Positions 24,282 through 35,914 of a stretch of DNA of 64,000 nucleotides are shown one piece after another. The first letter of the stretch is position 1; each line of letters opens with the position of its first letter. The stretch is from Phoronis australis (taxonomy: Eukaryota; Animalia; Phoronida), in the NCBI GenBank assembly GCA_002633005.1, contig NMRA01000288.1:198300-262299 (forward strand), read 5' to 3'. Both the position numbers and the translations under genes were made by a program. A model generated the notes under the pieces. It was not told the origin of the DNA. It ran no database searches and worked only from the letters and a program-made list of their open reading frames with translations.

Positions 24282-27200
24282 AATGTGAGTGTATTATTGT
24301 TCAATCCAATGACATCGATGGGACCATGTTACTTGTTTTACAAAAAAGATAGCAAAAACTGTTGTTTTTACAAATACAAGTTCTCTAAGCTCTATGGTGG
24401 TTATTATGCAACTTCTAACTCAAATTTCTCAAAAATGTGCAACTTTATATGTGGGAACTTTTTAGATTTTGAAAAAACTCTAGTAAATGAATTTAAAAAC
24501 ACCAAAATAAAATTGCCCCCTAAAGTACTCACAAAAACCATTTTCTAGAAGCCCTACAAATTCTAGCCCACTGCCTGTTAGTCAGCCGCGGCTAAATCTT
24601 GAAAAGTTGTTAAACAAATTCTAGTCCAGTCTTGCATACAGTTGAAAACGCTGAAAGGAATTGTGTTGTGGGAATACACCTCTACAAAAGGTGATTTTTA
24701 CATGTAAGTTCTCAACAAACGAGTGCCTTTTCACTGTATATAAATTCTAAAACGGTGGGTATTCTGATTTCAAGCACTCGGCTTCTTCAATCCAACGTCA
24801 AAAGTTCTTAAAATTGAGTCTCAAGGTTTAAAGCCTAAAGATCCATTTTGTTTTTTGCGTAGTTCCCTCTACCTCCAACCAAGGACATGTTCTTATACTT
24901 TTCTGTAGCCATTTCTCTGGTGTTTTGAACGATAAACAAAACCATACAACCAGACTGTAAGTTTTCGAAAAAGGGCTTTGAAACATGTATTTGATTTTTG
25001 TAGAATATAAATTGTCGTGATTTGTTTTATCTTACAAAACGAATCAATATTCGTTCTTACTTTCATTTTTGGCAACTTCAGCCCTCTGCATTTTAAAAAC
25101 AGAAGTGGTGGAAATTCTTACATTAAAGATTGATAAATAACTCAATTAAAATGAAAAATCATTGCACGCGATTGTTCTTCAAGGCTTTGGTTGCGGATTC
25201 AAATAAAAAATGTTTTGTTATTTCCCAACGATATTCCAGGCGTCATAGGTCTTAATATTCGCCTTGACCATGCCCTTTCCCTGGAGGGTTTAATTTTTTT
25301 AATCCTGATCAATCTCAGAATTGTTTGTCATTTTCCCTTCCGCTTTTCTGCGAGTCCATTAGCCCTATGGCTTGGGTCATTACGTGCAGACTATGATTAG
25401 GCAGTTATTCACCCCAGTCGTTATGTACCCGAGTACAGAATAAAAGGCACAAAAGTATAATAGAAATTAACAAAATATTATTGGGTAAATAGATTAGACC
25501 AAGTGTTTCTTGTCTTGGGGTGGCAGTTGAGTCTTCAACACCGCTTGAAACCACAAGGATACAGTGTACTAGAATTCATCAAAAAACGTCAAGTTCTCAA
25601 ACTTTGTCAAGAATTGAAATGTTACTGAATACTGAACGAATGGATTACTGTAAAAATATACAACAATACATTTACATTAAAATATTTAAAAGTTTTCAAA
25701 CAGTAGCGGAAAATATTACTGAATACTTAACGAATTCACTAATCTATGATACTTTTGACCTCTAATGCAGCACAGTGGTGTAGCGGGAGGGCAATATTGT
25801 AATATCTTTCAGCTTTAATCTGTATTGAATTATTGCTCGTTAATTTAACTCGAACTCTTCGTGACATTCCTCGTTATCCGTTGAGTATTATTTCGTGTGC
25901 TGGCTTAAATATTGTGCTATTCGAGCGGTGTGTTCTGCTTATCTTTTGCAAAGACTGACCCAAAATAAATCCCATGATAATGATAAGCGCTGGTACTTCA
26001 AGTAAAATTGGTGTCTATAACTTGCGTGTGTACACATTGTTCACCAGAATGTGCCGCAACAGTAATGACACCAGCCCTCTTTGCTTGGACAAACAACGAG
26101 AGCGATTCAAACACAAACAAAATAAAGCTACAAAATCTTTTTTGTTTGTTTCTGAGGAGACATTGGATATCGCGTATTCTAGAGCGTGGTGACCATTGCG
26201 GCTTTTATGAGGGATCATCTAATGTTTTGCATTGCGTCTGATGAAGCGCAAAAATTTTAAAAAAACGTATAAAATGAATTTACTGTTCGCTAGCGTATTC
26301 GTTCTTATGGAAATTCCATCTTCCCATGAGGGTAAGTATACGTCATTTCTTGTTTGAATTTCAAAAGAATTGAGTGTATAAGACCTGGCGAATTTCAGAG
26401 GACACTGAACATTGTTTTGAGTACATATACTTAAATAAGCTGCTACAGACCTGCTATTCGTCAAAAAATTGATTTACACCATTATCAGGTATACGTGTAA
26501 AACCGACATGAATAGCTTGTTTTTTGCTCAAACGAAAAGTGAATATCGAGTTTACAAACAAGTGGCATGTCGATAATCTTTGACACAATGTGCATTAATG
26601 GCACACGGTGACGATCCACTTTGCTTAGCCTGGACTGAGTTTTGTAGATCGCACTTGCAGTTAAAAAGAACGCAAAAAATAAATTCAATCCACAATTCAG
26701 ATCAGTCCAGTCTCACCAAGTAATCTGTTCAAAAGTCATTTTTTTCTGGTATAGGGGTGGAAACCTCACCACCATACTCACAAAACATTCGTTTTCGCTC
26801 GGGTAATTTTGCGAGGGATTGCGATAACGTGCTTTTCTTCCAAAAAAACTCGATACACAGAACGCTATCCAGGTTTCAAGCAACAACGCTCTTTATTCAA
26901 AAGCACAAATCAATTTAAATTTTAAGAAATAAACAATCATGTACTAAAGTCAAAAAATACATTTCTTTCCATAGGCAACGGATTTGCGACTTCAACCTTT
27001 GTTTGAATTGAAATTAATTAGAATAAACTCCCAGGAATTTCCCCCGACAGCCGCACTGTTTCAGCGGATGAATTAACCCTCCGTGAAACGGGAACTTAAA
27101 ACGATATTAAAACCGGTTCTGGTCTATTAACATATATTAACAATGACTTTCGCGTGCAGCTTTCTAAAACAAAATTTTGAAAACTCCTTGCAAAGTCTGC

Positions 27201-30020
27201 TAAGCTGGCAAGAGTGTTTAGGCTTTAAGCTAGTGACGAAACCAATAGACGAAAAGACCATTCACCAAGAACCACAATATCCATTCTGAGACAAAGTGAG
27301 CATGTGTTTTAAGTTGCATCTCATCAGACCAAGAAATTACTGAGCAACGAACATAGAGACCTTGTTTGTAGCGATAAGCGGTCAAAAGCAAAAGATCGCT
27401 TCCTGAAAGGAACGTGTGTTAATAGTCAGTGAGTCTTACACTGTGGGATCTCTTTCATTAAAGTGTCTTAAGGCTTAAAGGCCTACTATGGTGCCTATAC
27501 TGGGCTATACGCGACATAACAGGTCAAGTGACCACATAGGTGAAGACGAAAAATCTTGTTGTAACTATGAAAAATGGCGGAGAGCAGTGGACGCTGTCAT
27601 CACGCTTGCATAGCTGACAAAAACATATGCATCAATGTACTTCCAATATTCATCAAGGAGACAGCTGGCAGGCCGAGCAGGGGCGGTAAAAAGACCTCAT
27701 CCCGTATGGCGATGGGCCTGCGGAAGGTCTCAAAGCAGTGCTTCGACCTTTTTGTCGCAGACTGTCACTAAATTCAAGCGTGACTTTTGTACAACCTGTA
27801 ACCATTAGTGACCTTCCTGAGCAGACTGAAAAAATGGCGGTCAGCTTGTTGAAAATTCTCCTTTTGATCTTTTCGAATTTTCATTCATAAGAATTTATCG
27901 TCAGAAGTCACCGAAAAAAATCGTTTGCATTGGGTCGCGTTAAAAAACAACCCAATCAGACTTTTAGGAGTTGTTTTTTTTAAATTGCATGTTCAACATG
28001 ACGACATGTCCAACCCTCTTTTTCATCGTAAAGTAAGGAAACGGAGTAACAGACCGTCTTCTCCCTTATGCATCACTAACAATATATTCATAGTACCGAC
28101 CTTGTATCATTCAGTGTGAAAATGTTCAGAATTTTTAACACTAGTTGCTGAATTTCGCCGGCAAGCAAGGCTCCGCCTTCCATCGTAGTACAATTGTATC
28201 ATTAGCTGTAGCAACAAAAGTACCAGTCGGGTAAGTCACAATCATATCCATATTAGATGGCCACTTTTGGTGAAAGATGAAGGATATCACATAACTATAA
28301 AGGTAGATTATTTTAAAGTACCATAATTCCAGGTTTGCGATCTGAAATATTTTTGCACAAGAACCACCGAATAAATTTTGTGATCTGATGGATCAACAGT
28401 TGTATAAAAGGGTAGTCTAAGTACACATACACTACAATTTTTGTCACAACCCACTTCTATCATGCAAAAAATCATATAATTTAATAATGTCTTCATTAAA
28501 GATATGAACTGTGACATATTAAAGTAAATTATTACCGTTCTGATCAAGTTGTTCTATATAATGATGCATTACATGTCTTAACACAGTATTATGAGAACTT
28601 TTTCTCTTGTAATACGATTGTTACAAAAAGAAAACGATAAATAACTATTTTTTTCAAAAACGTTATTGGTACTATTTGTCTAGTTTTCAATACACATTCA
28701 CCAGTTAGTCAAAACTGTTAAAGCAATGTTAGGTCCAGTGTTCAACAGTAAAAATGGTACTGATCGAGGGTACGTAGAGTATGTAATTACATGTACGTAC
28801 ACTCAATCAACATCAAACTTTGGCTGTTACAAATGTCTCGGTTGGTATCGAATTTGTACTGTCACTGCTTGTTGGTTCATTGCATGTTGCCTTAAGAGAT
28901 GGGGCACCTGCCTTTCCAACATCAGTTGTGACATGACGTGCCTTCTAGGGTGTTACTGGCTAAGTCCTTTGTGGCATTCCATTGAACACAAATTTGATAA
29001 TGTCCATACTTTTTGTCAGACTGGATGGATTTTGGGTACACCAATATTGTTCATGAGAACAGCAGTATGTATATAACGGATAACTTAAATTGGCAATTTT
29101 TACAATGTTTCATTTTTAGCAAAATACCTTGTCTTCATTCTCGGGGAACTTCAAATACGAAATATATACCGTGTAGCGAGAAAAAAGATTTAGCAGAACC
29201 GCCTTGGAACCGCACAACCTCGTAGAAAAATGTTTACTGCTTATCTGAGGTAAAAAGTTACGATGCTGTCACTCAAATCGAATCTTCCGCCAGGCACAGA
29301 GCAGCTCCGTGGGTACCCTCAGTTCTTTCATTCTAGAAGTCGCCATAATATTGAGTCAACGACATGTACATATGATACAAAGATGCCGGGGAAAACGAAG
29401 ACATATCAGTCTCCCACCGAGTGGTGTGTAAAACAATGAACTGTTGACCTACTTTAAAGTGGACTGCAATGCACCATTTTAACCCACTTAATGTGTTGGC
29501 TCCGCCTATGACCTAGCTGGAATCGATGCACTGGAAATAGGCCTTTTTTCGAAGCTCATTTATTTGAGAAAAGCTCAATTCAAATGAGAAGGTGTTATCG
29601 ATAACAGTAGCAATACCAAGTGGCAGTAGCAGTGCATGTCAGAAGCAGTATCAGCCAGCAACATGTAGTACCAATTGGTAGTACGAGTGGGCATTACCAT
29701 CATCACCACTATTATTATTAGTACTGGCGTTATCTATATTATTATAATTATTCTATTAGCACCCTTACCTATTTTAAGAAATAGGCTGGTCCCAGGTTAC
29801 AGACACACGCCTCACAATGCTGTAGAATCCGTCAAGCAATTATCTAGCCTCGTTTTCGAGACATTGGAGTTTTTAGTGTTATTTGTCGGTGCCTTGTTGT
29901 TTTTAATTTTGCCTCGAGTCCGTCAGGACAAAGAAGAGTTCAATCCGGGACTGTCCTAATCACACGTGATAACTGTAATTCTTTGAAAGTGAAAAATGTA
30001 GACTTGTATCAATTTCACAG

Positions 30021-30175
30021 TTCCAGATAACAAAGGCACAGAGTTCATGATAGGATTTGGGGAAAATACGCCTCCACAAAAAGACTTGGAGCTGTTCATA
30101 ACTACGCCGTACACACACGGGCCTGTCAGTGTGACCGTGAGTGTACCGCTAAATGGAGCAATACCTGTCCAACAG
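30021..30175 (+). CDS. Copy 3, exon A (first identifiable coding exon)
   Basis: tcacag| ... |gtaag. Translates PDNKGTEFMIGFGENTPPQKDLELFITTPYTHGPVSVTVSVPLNGAIPVQQ, resembling the FCGBP start motif G.EF...F..N. Confidence 0.85.
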
Positions 30176-31345
30176 GTAAGAAACGTATTATGGGATATTG
30201 TTTTCGCTTAAATTTGCTACAAAACTTGAACCTTGACTTGTGGCAAAAACTCAACGTGTGTTTTCACTTCCTAAGCAAAGGATCATGTTACATGGCTATT
30301 GATAATCAGAAGAAGGAAACATGCACTCATTCCGATATGCCAATATTCAGACATTACGAAAACCTCCCTTTGGTTTCAAATCAGGACGACAGCGGTTTTC
30401 AAGTCGAGGCAAAATACAATCTAGTCAATCTATTATTAAACGTTTCCGGGTTCTTTTGCCCAGCATTATGACTCACAAGCCAGTTATTTGCCTCAGGTTC
30501 AGAAGAAATTCAATTTTAGATGTCAACCAGTTAAAAAAATCACCAATTTTATTCCACGATATATCGATTTATTTTAGCCAGTGTTTTTTTCCGTGAGTTA
30601 TTCGGTAATAGGGCAATCAATCTGTTCCGTGTTCCAAGCAAAAAGGCCTCCGGTACATAAGTGGGCTGGCGAAAAGGGGGAGGCACTTGCTTCTCCTGTG
30701 CAAAATTTTATCAACGTGAATTTGATAATTTGAGTAAATTTGCCAAGTTTCCTGTGTACTCCAAGTTCACGCATACGCAGACTTGAAATTACGCAAGATT
30801 CCAAGTATGCAAAGTCACATGACGCCATTTGTGCCGAAAGTAGGGATGAAATGAAAGAATGAGGTCCAATTCTTACACAAATGCTACTCTTGTATAGGTA
30901 AACTTCTGTGTTCTCTAAAAATAATTCTTTGAACTTGGACAAAAGTCACGTTTATGTGCGCCTCACTTTACTGCTGTCAGTAACACAACGGTAAATCAAC
31001 AAAGAAGAACAAGAAGTCGTTGAAAAGTTTTTACTTGCACAAAATACAGTAACCAACATCGTTTTAAGTCTAATTATCCAATAAAACATCAGCTAAAGTG
31101 AAGCACATTTGCCCGTTTGTGAGCTCCACTGATGTCAAGTTTTGCTTAAGAAATGAAAAAAATGACAGGTTTTTGTGACTTTTTAAAAACCGATCCTTCA
31201 GCAAAAAAGGCAGCATAACAACCTTTACGATTGCGCAATGCAACATGGAAATTATGTACTCTATCGGTGAAAGTCCATCCGCCAACAGCTCAAGGATTGC
31301 AAATTCTACCAAAAAGCCTCCCTTAACTGTGTTACATGTACTTAG

Positions 31346-31604
31346 GTAAATGTTTCCAAGGGAACAATACGAAAGATATCTTTGCCGAACTCACTACGGA
31401 TGACTGGTTCAGGAACTTACACAGGGGCTCAGAACGTTGGCATCCTCATCAATTCCACGCAGGAGATAGTGGTTTATGGCTCGAACAAAGAGAAAGCAAG
31501 CTGCGACGCGTTTCTGGCCCTTCCTACTGACGTATTGGGCAAAGATTACTACGTGCCGTCTTGGCCAAAAACGGAAGACAAGTACCCACAAGCTTCACAA
31601 CTCG
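31346..31604 (+). CDS. Copy 3, exon B
   Basis: cttag| ... |gtaag. 259 nt, translating VNVSKGTIRKISLPNSLRM...GILINSTQEIVVYGSNKEKASCDAFLALPTDVLGKDYYVPSW...SQL (FCGBP-like D..L.LP...LG..Y). Confidence 0.88.
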
Positions 31605-31708
31605 GTAAGAGACTAGCTGATGAGTTAAAGTACCCACAGCTCGCTTTCCATAACAACAATCATTTTTTGGTTTATCTTACTTACTGTTATGAAAATAGTC
31701 TCAATCTT

Positions 31709-31975
31709 TTCACTAGTTAAGTCAGAGGTTATGTCACGGCTTCGAAAGAAGTATTGCTTTCTCATTGACTAAGAACAACCTCTACAAGTTGGCTTTCCAC
31801 CGTGTGTCCACAGCCAAAGCAGCTCGACGCTATACTAAATCGTTTCACTAGTAAAATTAGAGGTGTCACGGCTTCGAAAGAGCTGATACATTTTTATTGA
31901 CTATGAAGAGACTCTACAATTTGCCTTTCCACGGTGGGTCAGCAGGCACACCAGATCGACGTTATACTCAACGCC
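31709..31975 (+). repeat. Diverged ~135-bp tandem duplication in a copy 3 intron
   Basis: The pattern cactagt...gtcacggcttcgaaaga...attgacta...ctctacaa...ctttccac occurs twice. Confidence 0.7.
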
Positions 31976-32478
31976 GAAAAAGTTACACAACTGCTGTCCA
32001 ATGTGGTTGCTTCCGGAAAGACTCAAAGCATGTCAATTCTAGTGTATTTTGCGACACACATTTGTCCCCTACTACAACACGTTCACTAGTTACATTTGTT
32101 GACACTGACACTAAAAAATGCCATAAGTTCCTCCAGATTTTTATAATTCAGTCGCCAAGATTCACGGCAAAGAGTCTCGGCAGCTGTTCTCTATACACGT
32201 CAACAAATGCGCATGCTCGCCAGGCCACTCACAACATTACCAGAACGCTTACATCAACAAATTAAAAACAGCAGCAGTAGAAACAGGGTACTACTGGTTT
32301 GTCGTTTAGAAGGATCACAATTAAGATGATGAGATGGGGAAAGAGACGAAGGAGTGGGAGGGGAGGAGGTGAAGTAGTAGACGGACGAAGAGGATGATGA
32401 GGAAAAAGATGACGATGTTGATGATAAGAAGTTTGACGAAGATGGCTTTTTACAAATAATATTTTGACTTCATTTAAG

Positions 32479-32642
32479 GTGTGATCGGAGTAGAAGACAA
32501 GACGACAGTCAATGTCACTCTCCCATTGCACACTAGCAACATTACCCTGGCTAAGGGAAAAAGCGGCAACGACTATACTTACGCTACGTTCAGTGCCGGT
32601 TCAGGTTTGATCGTGAAACTTAACAGAGGACAAACTTACCAA
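32479..32642 (+). CDS. Copy 3, exon C
   Basis: tttaag| ... |gtatgt. 164 nt, translating GVIGVEDKTTVNVTLPLHTSNITLAKGKSGNDYTYATFSAGSGLIVKLNRGQTYQ. Confidence 0.87.
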
Positions 32643-32928
32643 GTATGTTCACGTTTTCGTATTTAAAAGAGCATATTTTGTCTGACATTTCAGGAGTTGT
32701 TAAGAGATTTTTTTTCATCGAAAGCAATTCAATTTTTACTTGAATGGGTTTCATTGTGCTAAGCATTTATCAGAACTGACACAAGATCTAGGAAAGTAAT
32801 ATTAGCGCCTCCATTAAAAAATTACATCAATGTGTTTTCTCCAGGGTTACAGAAAAAGCTATGAATTCACGTATTATTGAAAAACTTCAATAAAAATTTT
32901 CATTTGCGCGCCTATCGTTTTCTTTTAG

Positions 32929-33139
32929 CTCCAATCCGACGATGATTTAACCTCCACTCGTGTCCAGTCAGACAAACCAGTCGCCGTCACATCAGGCAAC
33001 AAGCGTACATCTATTGCTAAGACCGGAAGTAGTCATGATCACATAGAGGAAATGATTCCGCCGACGTTGTCTTGGGGAAAGTACTTCATAACAGCACCAT
33101 TTGCCAAAAGAACTGGCGGTGACATCTTTCGAATATTAG
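32929..33139 (+). CDS. Copy 3, exon D
   Basis: ttttag| ... |gtaaga. 211 nt, translating LQSDDDLTSTRVQSDKPVAVTSGNKRTSIAKTGSSHDHIEEMIPPTLSWGKYFITAPFAKRTGGDIFRIL. Confidence 0.88.
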
Positions 33140-33543
33140 GTAAGACCATACTACAAGTCAACTGACCTTTTACTACTAGACTACAGGGTCTTTTCAAATA
33201 CTTATGATTTACTTTCTATGACATATTCACAATGACTGCCAGCTTCATCTTTAAATACATCGGCCTAACATATTTCTTCTGCAAGCGACGCCTTAGTTAG
33301 TTCTCCTTTAAATGGGCACCCTGTAAAATGTTACCGAGTTATCTCAAAAAGGAATTCATCAAGTCGATTTTAATCTTACATAAAGTCACGGAAACTTCTA
33401 TCTTTGGATATCTGTCTACGAAGTTGTTACCGTTTGAGTCAGTTTGTATTAAAAGTTTCTTCTTTCACTGAAGAAGACTTAGAATTTAGATTTTACAGAA
33501 AGTTTGTGGGTGGCCAATCTGTGAAATCAATTTGCATTTACAG

Positions 33544-33708
33544 TTTCTGTCGACAACACTGAAGTTCAACTATCGTCAACACTTAGCAAAACAAGCACAA
33601 CAGAGAAACTCAGACTTGGAAGGTTTAAACAACTAGATGTACCCTCCACTGAGTTCTACTACATATCAGCCTCAGATCCAATATTGGTCGTTCAATATTC
33701 CAAAACAG
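33544..33708 (+). CDS. Copy 3, exon E
   Basis: ttacag| ... |gtacgt. 165 nt, open, paralogous to 1599-1763. Confidence 0.88.
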
Positions 33709-33944
33709 GTACGTACGCAATATTTTAGAAAAATGAATTACGTAATTATTTTTTCCAAGCCCAGGCTACGACACAACGAAAACAGGCCTACTTTCAGCTG
33801 GAAAGAATAGTAATGTTGTAAAAGTTATATTTTTTAATTTGGTTGGATGGTAAGCGTCAGCACAACATATAAGGTAGAGTATGTAAGAAACACGTTACGA
33901 AATTAATATTAGGCAGTAATGCTGTCCTAAATATTCAATTTCAG

Positions 33945-35914
33945 GTGCGGTTGACCGAAAACCAAGCGATCCTTTTATGATTCTGGTTGTACCCATAGAG
34001 CAGTTCTCCAAAGACTACACTTTCGCAACACCAGAAGCAGTGCAGAAGCCATATCAAAACTACGTCGCCATCACATGCAAAACTGTTGAATGTGACCAAC
34101 TTTATTTAGATGGCAGTCCGATAACTGGTGCAAAATTCTGGAAAACATGGACATTAATCCACGGGCCTCAAGCTTCATTTTCGGTAGGCATCGTTTTGAT
34201 AAACCATGGGACTCACACTTTAAGTCACCCCGACCCAACAGTCTATTTCGGTATTCAAGTTTACGGACAGGTGAGGTATGAATCTTACGGATTCCCTGGG
34301 GGTATGTTCGTAACACCACTGTACAGTGCTTGTGTCCTCACAAGTGTTGCGATTAATGATGGATTCGACAACGACTGTGACGGAAAAATAGACGAAGAAC
34401 TACGTGATGGTTTAGACAACGACGGCGACGGGATTATAGATGAGGACACGGCGCAGCAGGCAAATCCGTTATTCATGGTATTCACTACGAGTACTACACC
34501 GTTACCCTCAACAATGTCAACCACGACATCACCACATACGACAACAACGACCATGACATGGTTACCAACAACAATATCGACCATGCCATCGATCTCGACA
34601 AAAAGACCAACGACTACGACATCACTAATCGCAACTACGACTCCGATATCAACCAAAACCTCGTCAACTACCAGAGACTTTTCGTCATCCACAACAATAA
34701 CGACCACGTTGCTACCAGCAATGTCGACAAAGACAACGCTACACACAAGAATAACTTTGAATCCAACGTCAGCAATTTCCACGAAAACAACAATGAGCAC
34801 CACGTGGCAATCAACAACAGCGAAAACTACACTGTTTTCTTTGACAACAATTTCGAAACCCACATCTCCAAAGTTTCAAACAATGCCCACGACTTCGTTG
34901 CTGACAACAACAACAACAACAACAGCAACAACAACAACACCGACAACAAAGAACACAACATCGCCTCCAATAACATCACTTACTATAAAAACAACTGCGA
35001 CACCAACAATAACTAAAGTTCCGACAACGACCACAACGTTTCAACCTACAACAACATCGATCACGCCATCACTATCTACGACAACAGCAACCAAGACATG
35101 GTCACCGACAACAACATCGACTGCGAAATTGATCTCGACAACAATACCTATGACCACAAAATCATTAATCTCAACTACGATACCGAAAGTAACAAAAGTT
35201 GGGACAACCACCACGAATTCGCTGTTGGAAACAACAATGACGACTAAATCGCTGCCAACAATATCGACCCCGACGTCGCTACCCATAACAACAACTGCGA
35301 ATCCGACGTCAACAGAGGTTCCCACCACGACATCGCTGCCTACAACAACATCGACCACGACATTGATCTCGACAACAAGATTAAAGACCATGACATCACT
35401 ACTAGCAACTACGACACCAATATCAACAAAAACCGCGTCAAATACTAGAGATTCTTCGCCATCGACAACAATAACGACCTCAGCAACCGTGAACCGTACA
35501 ACGCGTGCACTTACTAAACAACCGTCAATAACGGATACACCAACTACATGTAATGGATTGAACTGCTGGGCTTTCAACAGATTCCAATCAAATATTCTGG
35601 TAGGAACTGTGGTGCCAGGTTTTTTATTATTACTGGTTACTCCTATTGCATGCCGCTGCTGCTGCTTGCTTGCAGCCTTAAAACGTCGAAGGCGAAAAGA
35701 AAAAAATAATGAATCACCTGAGGACAACGACGACGAAGAAGAAGTGGGAAACGGGGATGATCTACACACTTGCATGGACGGCGCAGCACTGAAAAAAGTG
35801 GGGGGGACTAAGGCTCCCAGCCCCCAATGTGATGCACCGCCTATTATCAGTCCAACCGTAGCTCCAAGAACACTACCAATTTCAGTAAAGAACAGCATAA
35901 GACCAATCTCATAA
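33945..35914 (+). CDS. Copy 3, terminal exon F with ~350-aa Thr-rich stalk, TM helix and non-homologous C-terminal tail
   Basis: tttcag| acceptor in frame with ORF 33977-35914. Contains DGFDNDCDGKIDEELRDGLDNDGDGIIDED, the stalk, and ILVGTVVPGFLLLLVTPIACRCCC. Homology to the paralogs stops after DDLHT at 35770. Confidence 0.88.
35773..35844. mobile_element. Small hairpin MITE-like sequence at the copy 3 tail breakpoint
   Basis: Imperfect inverted ends catggacggcgcagcac ... gtgatgcaccgcctat, with G-run and C-run interior. No TSD seen. Confidence 0.5.

Larger units (their letters stand above)
22868..24577. mobile_element. DNA transposon with imperfect long inverted ends (Tc1/mariner-like), inserted in spacer 2 only
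   Basis: Absent at the paralogous site ~5368-5372. tgtgagtactttggggggcaa (22901) and ttgccccctaaagtactcaca (24513) are inverted, as are aaaagttcccac and gtgggaactttt. Confidence 0.7.

Noticed and set aside
29675-29959. Hydrophobic ORF as the signal-peptide exon of copy 3
   Set aside because: Hydrophobicity comes from an (ATT)n low-complexity tract. Non-ATG start, and not conserved as an ORF before copy 4.
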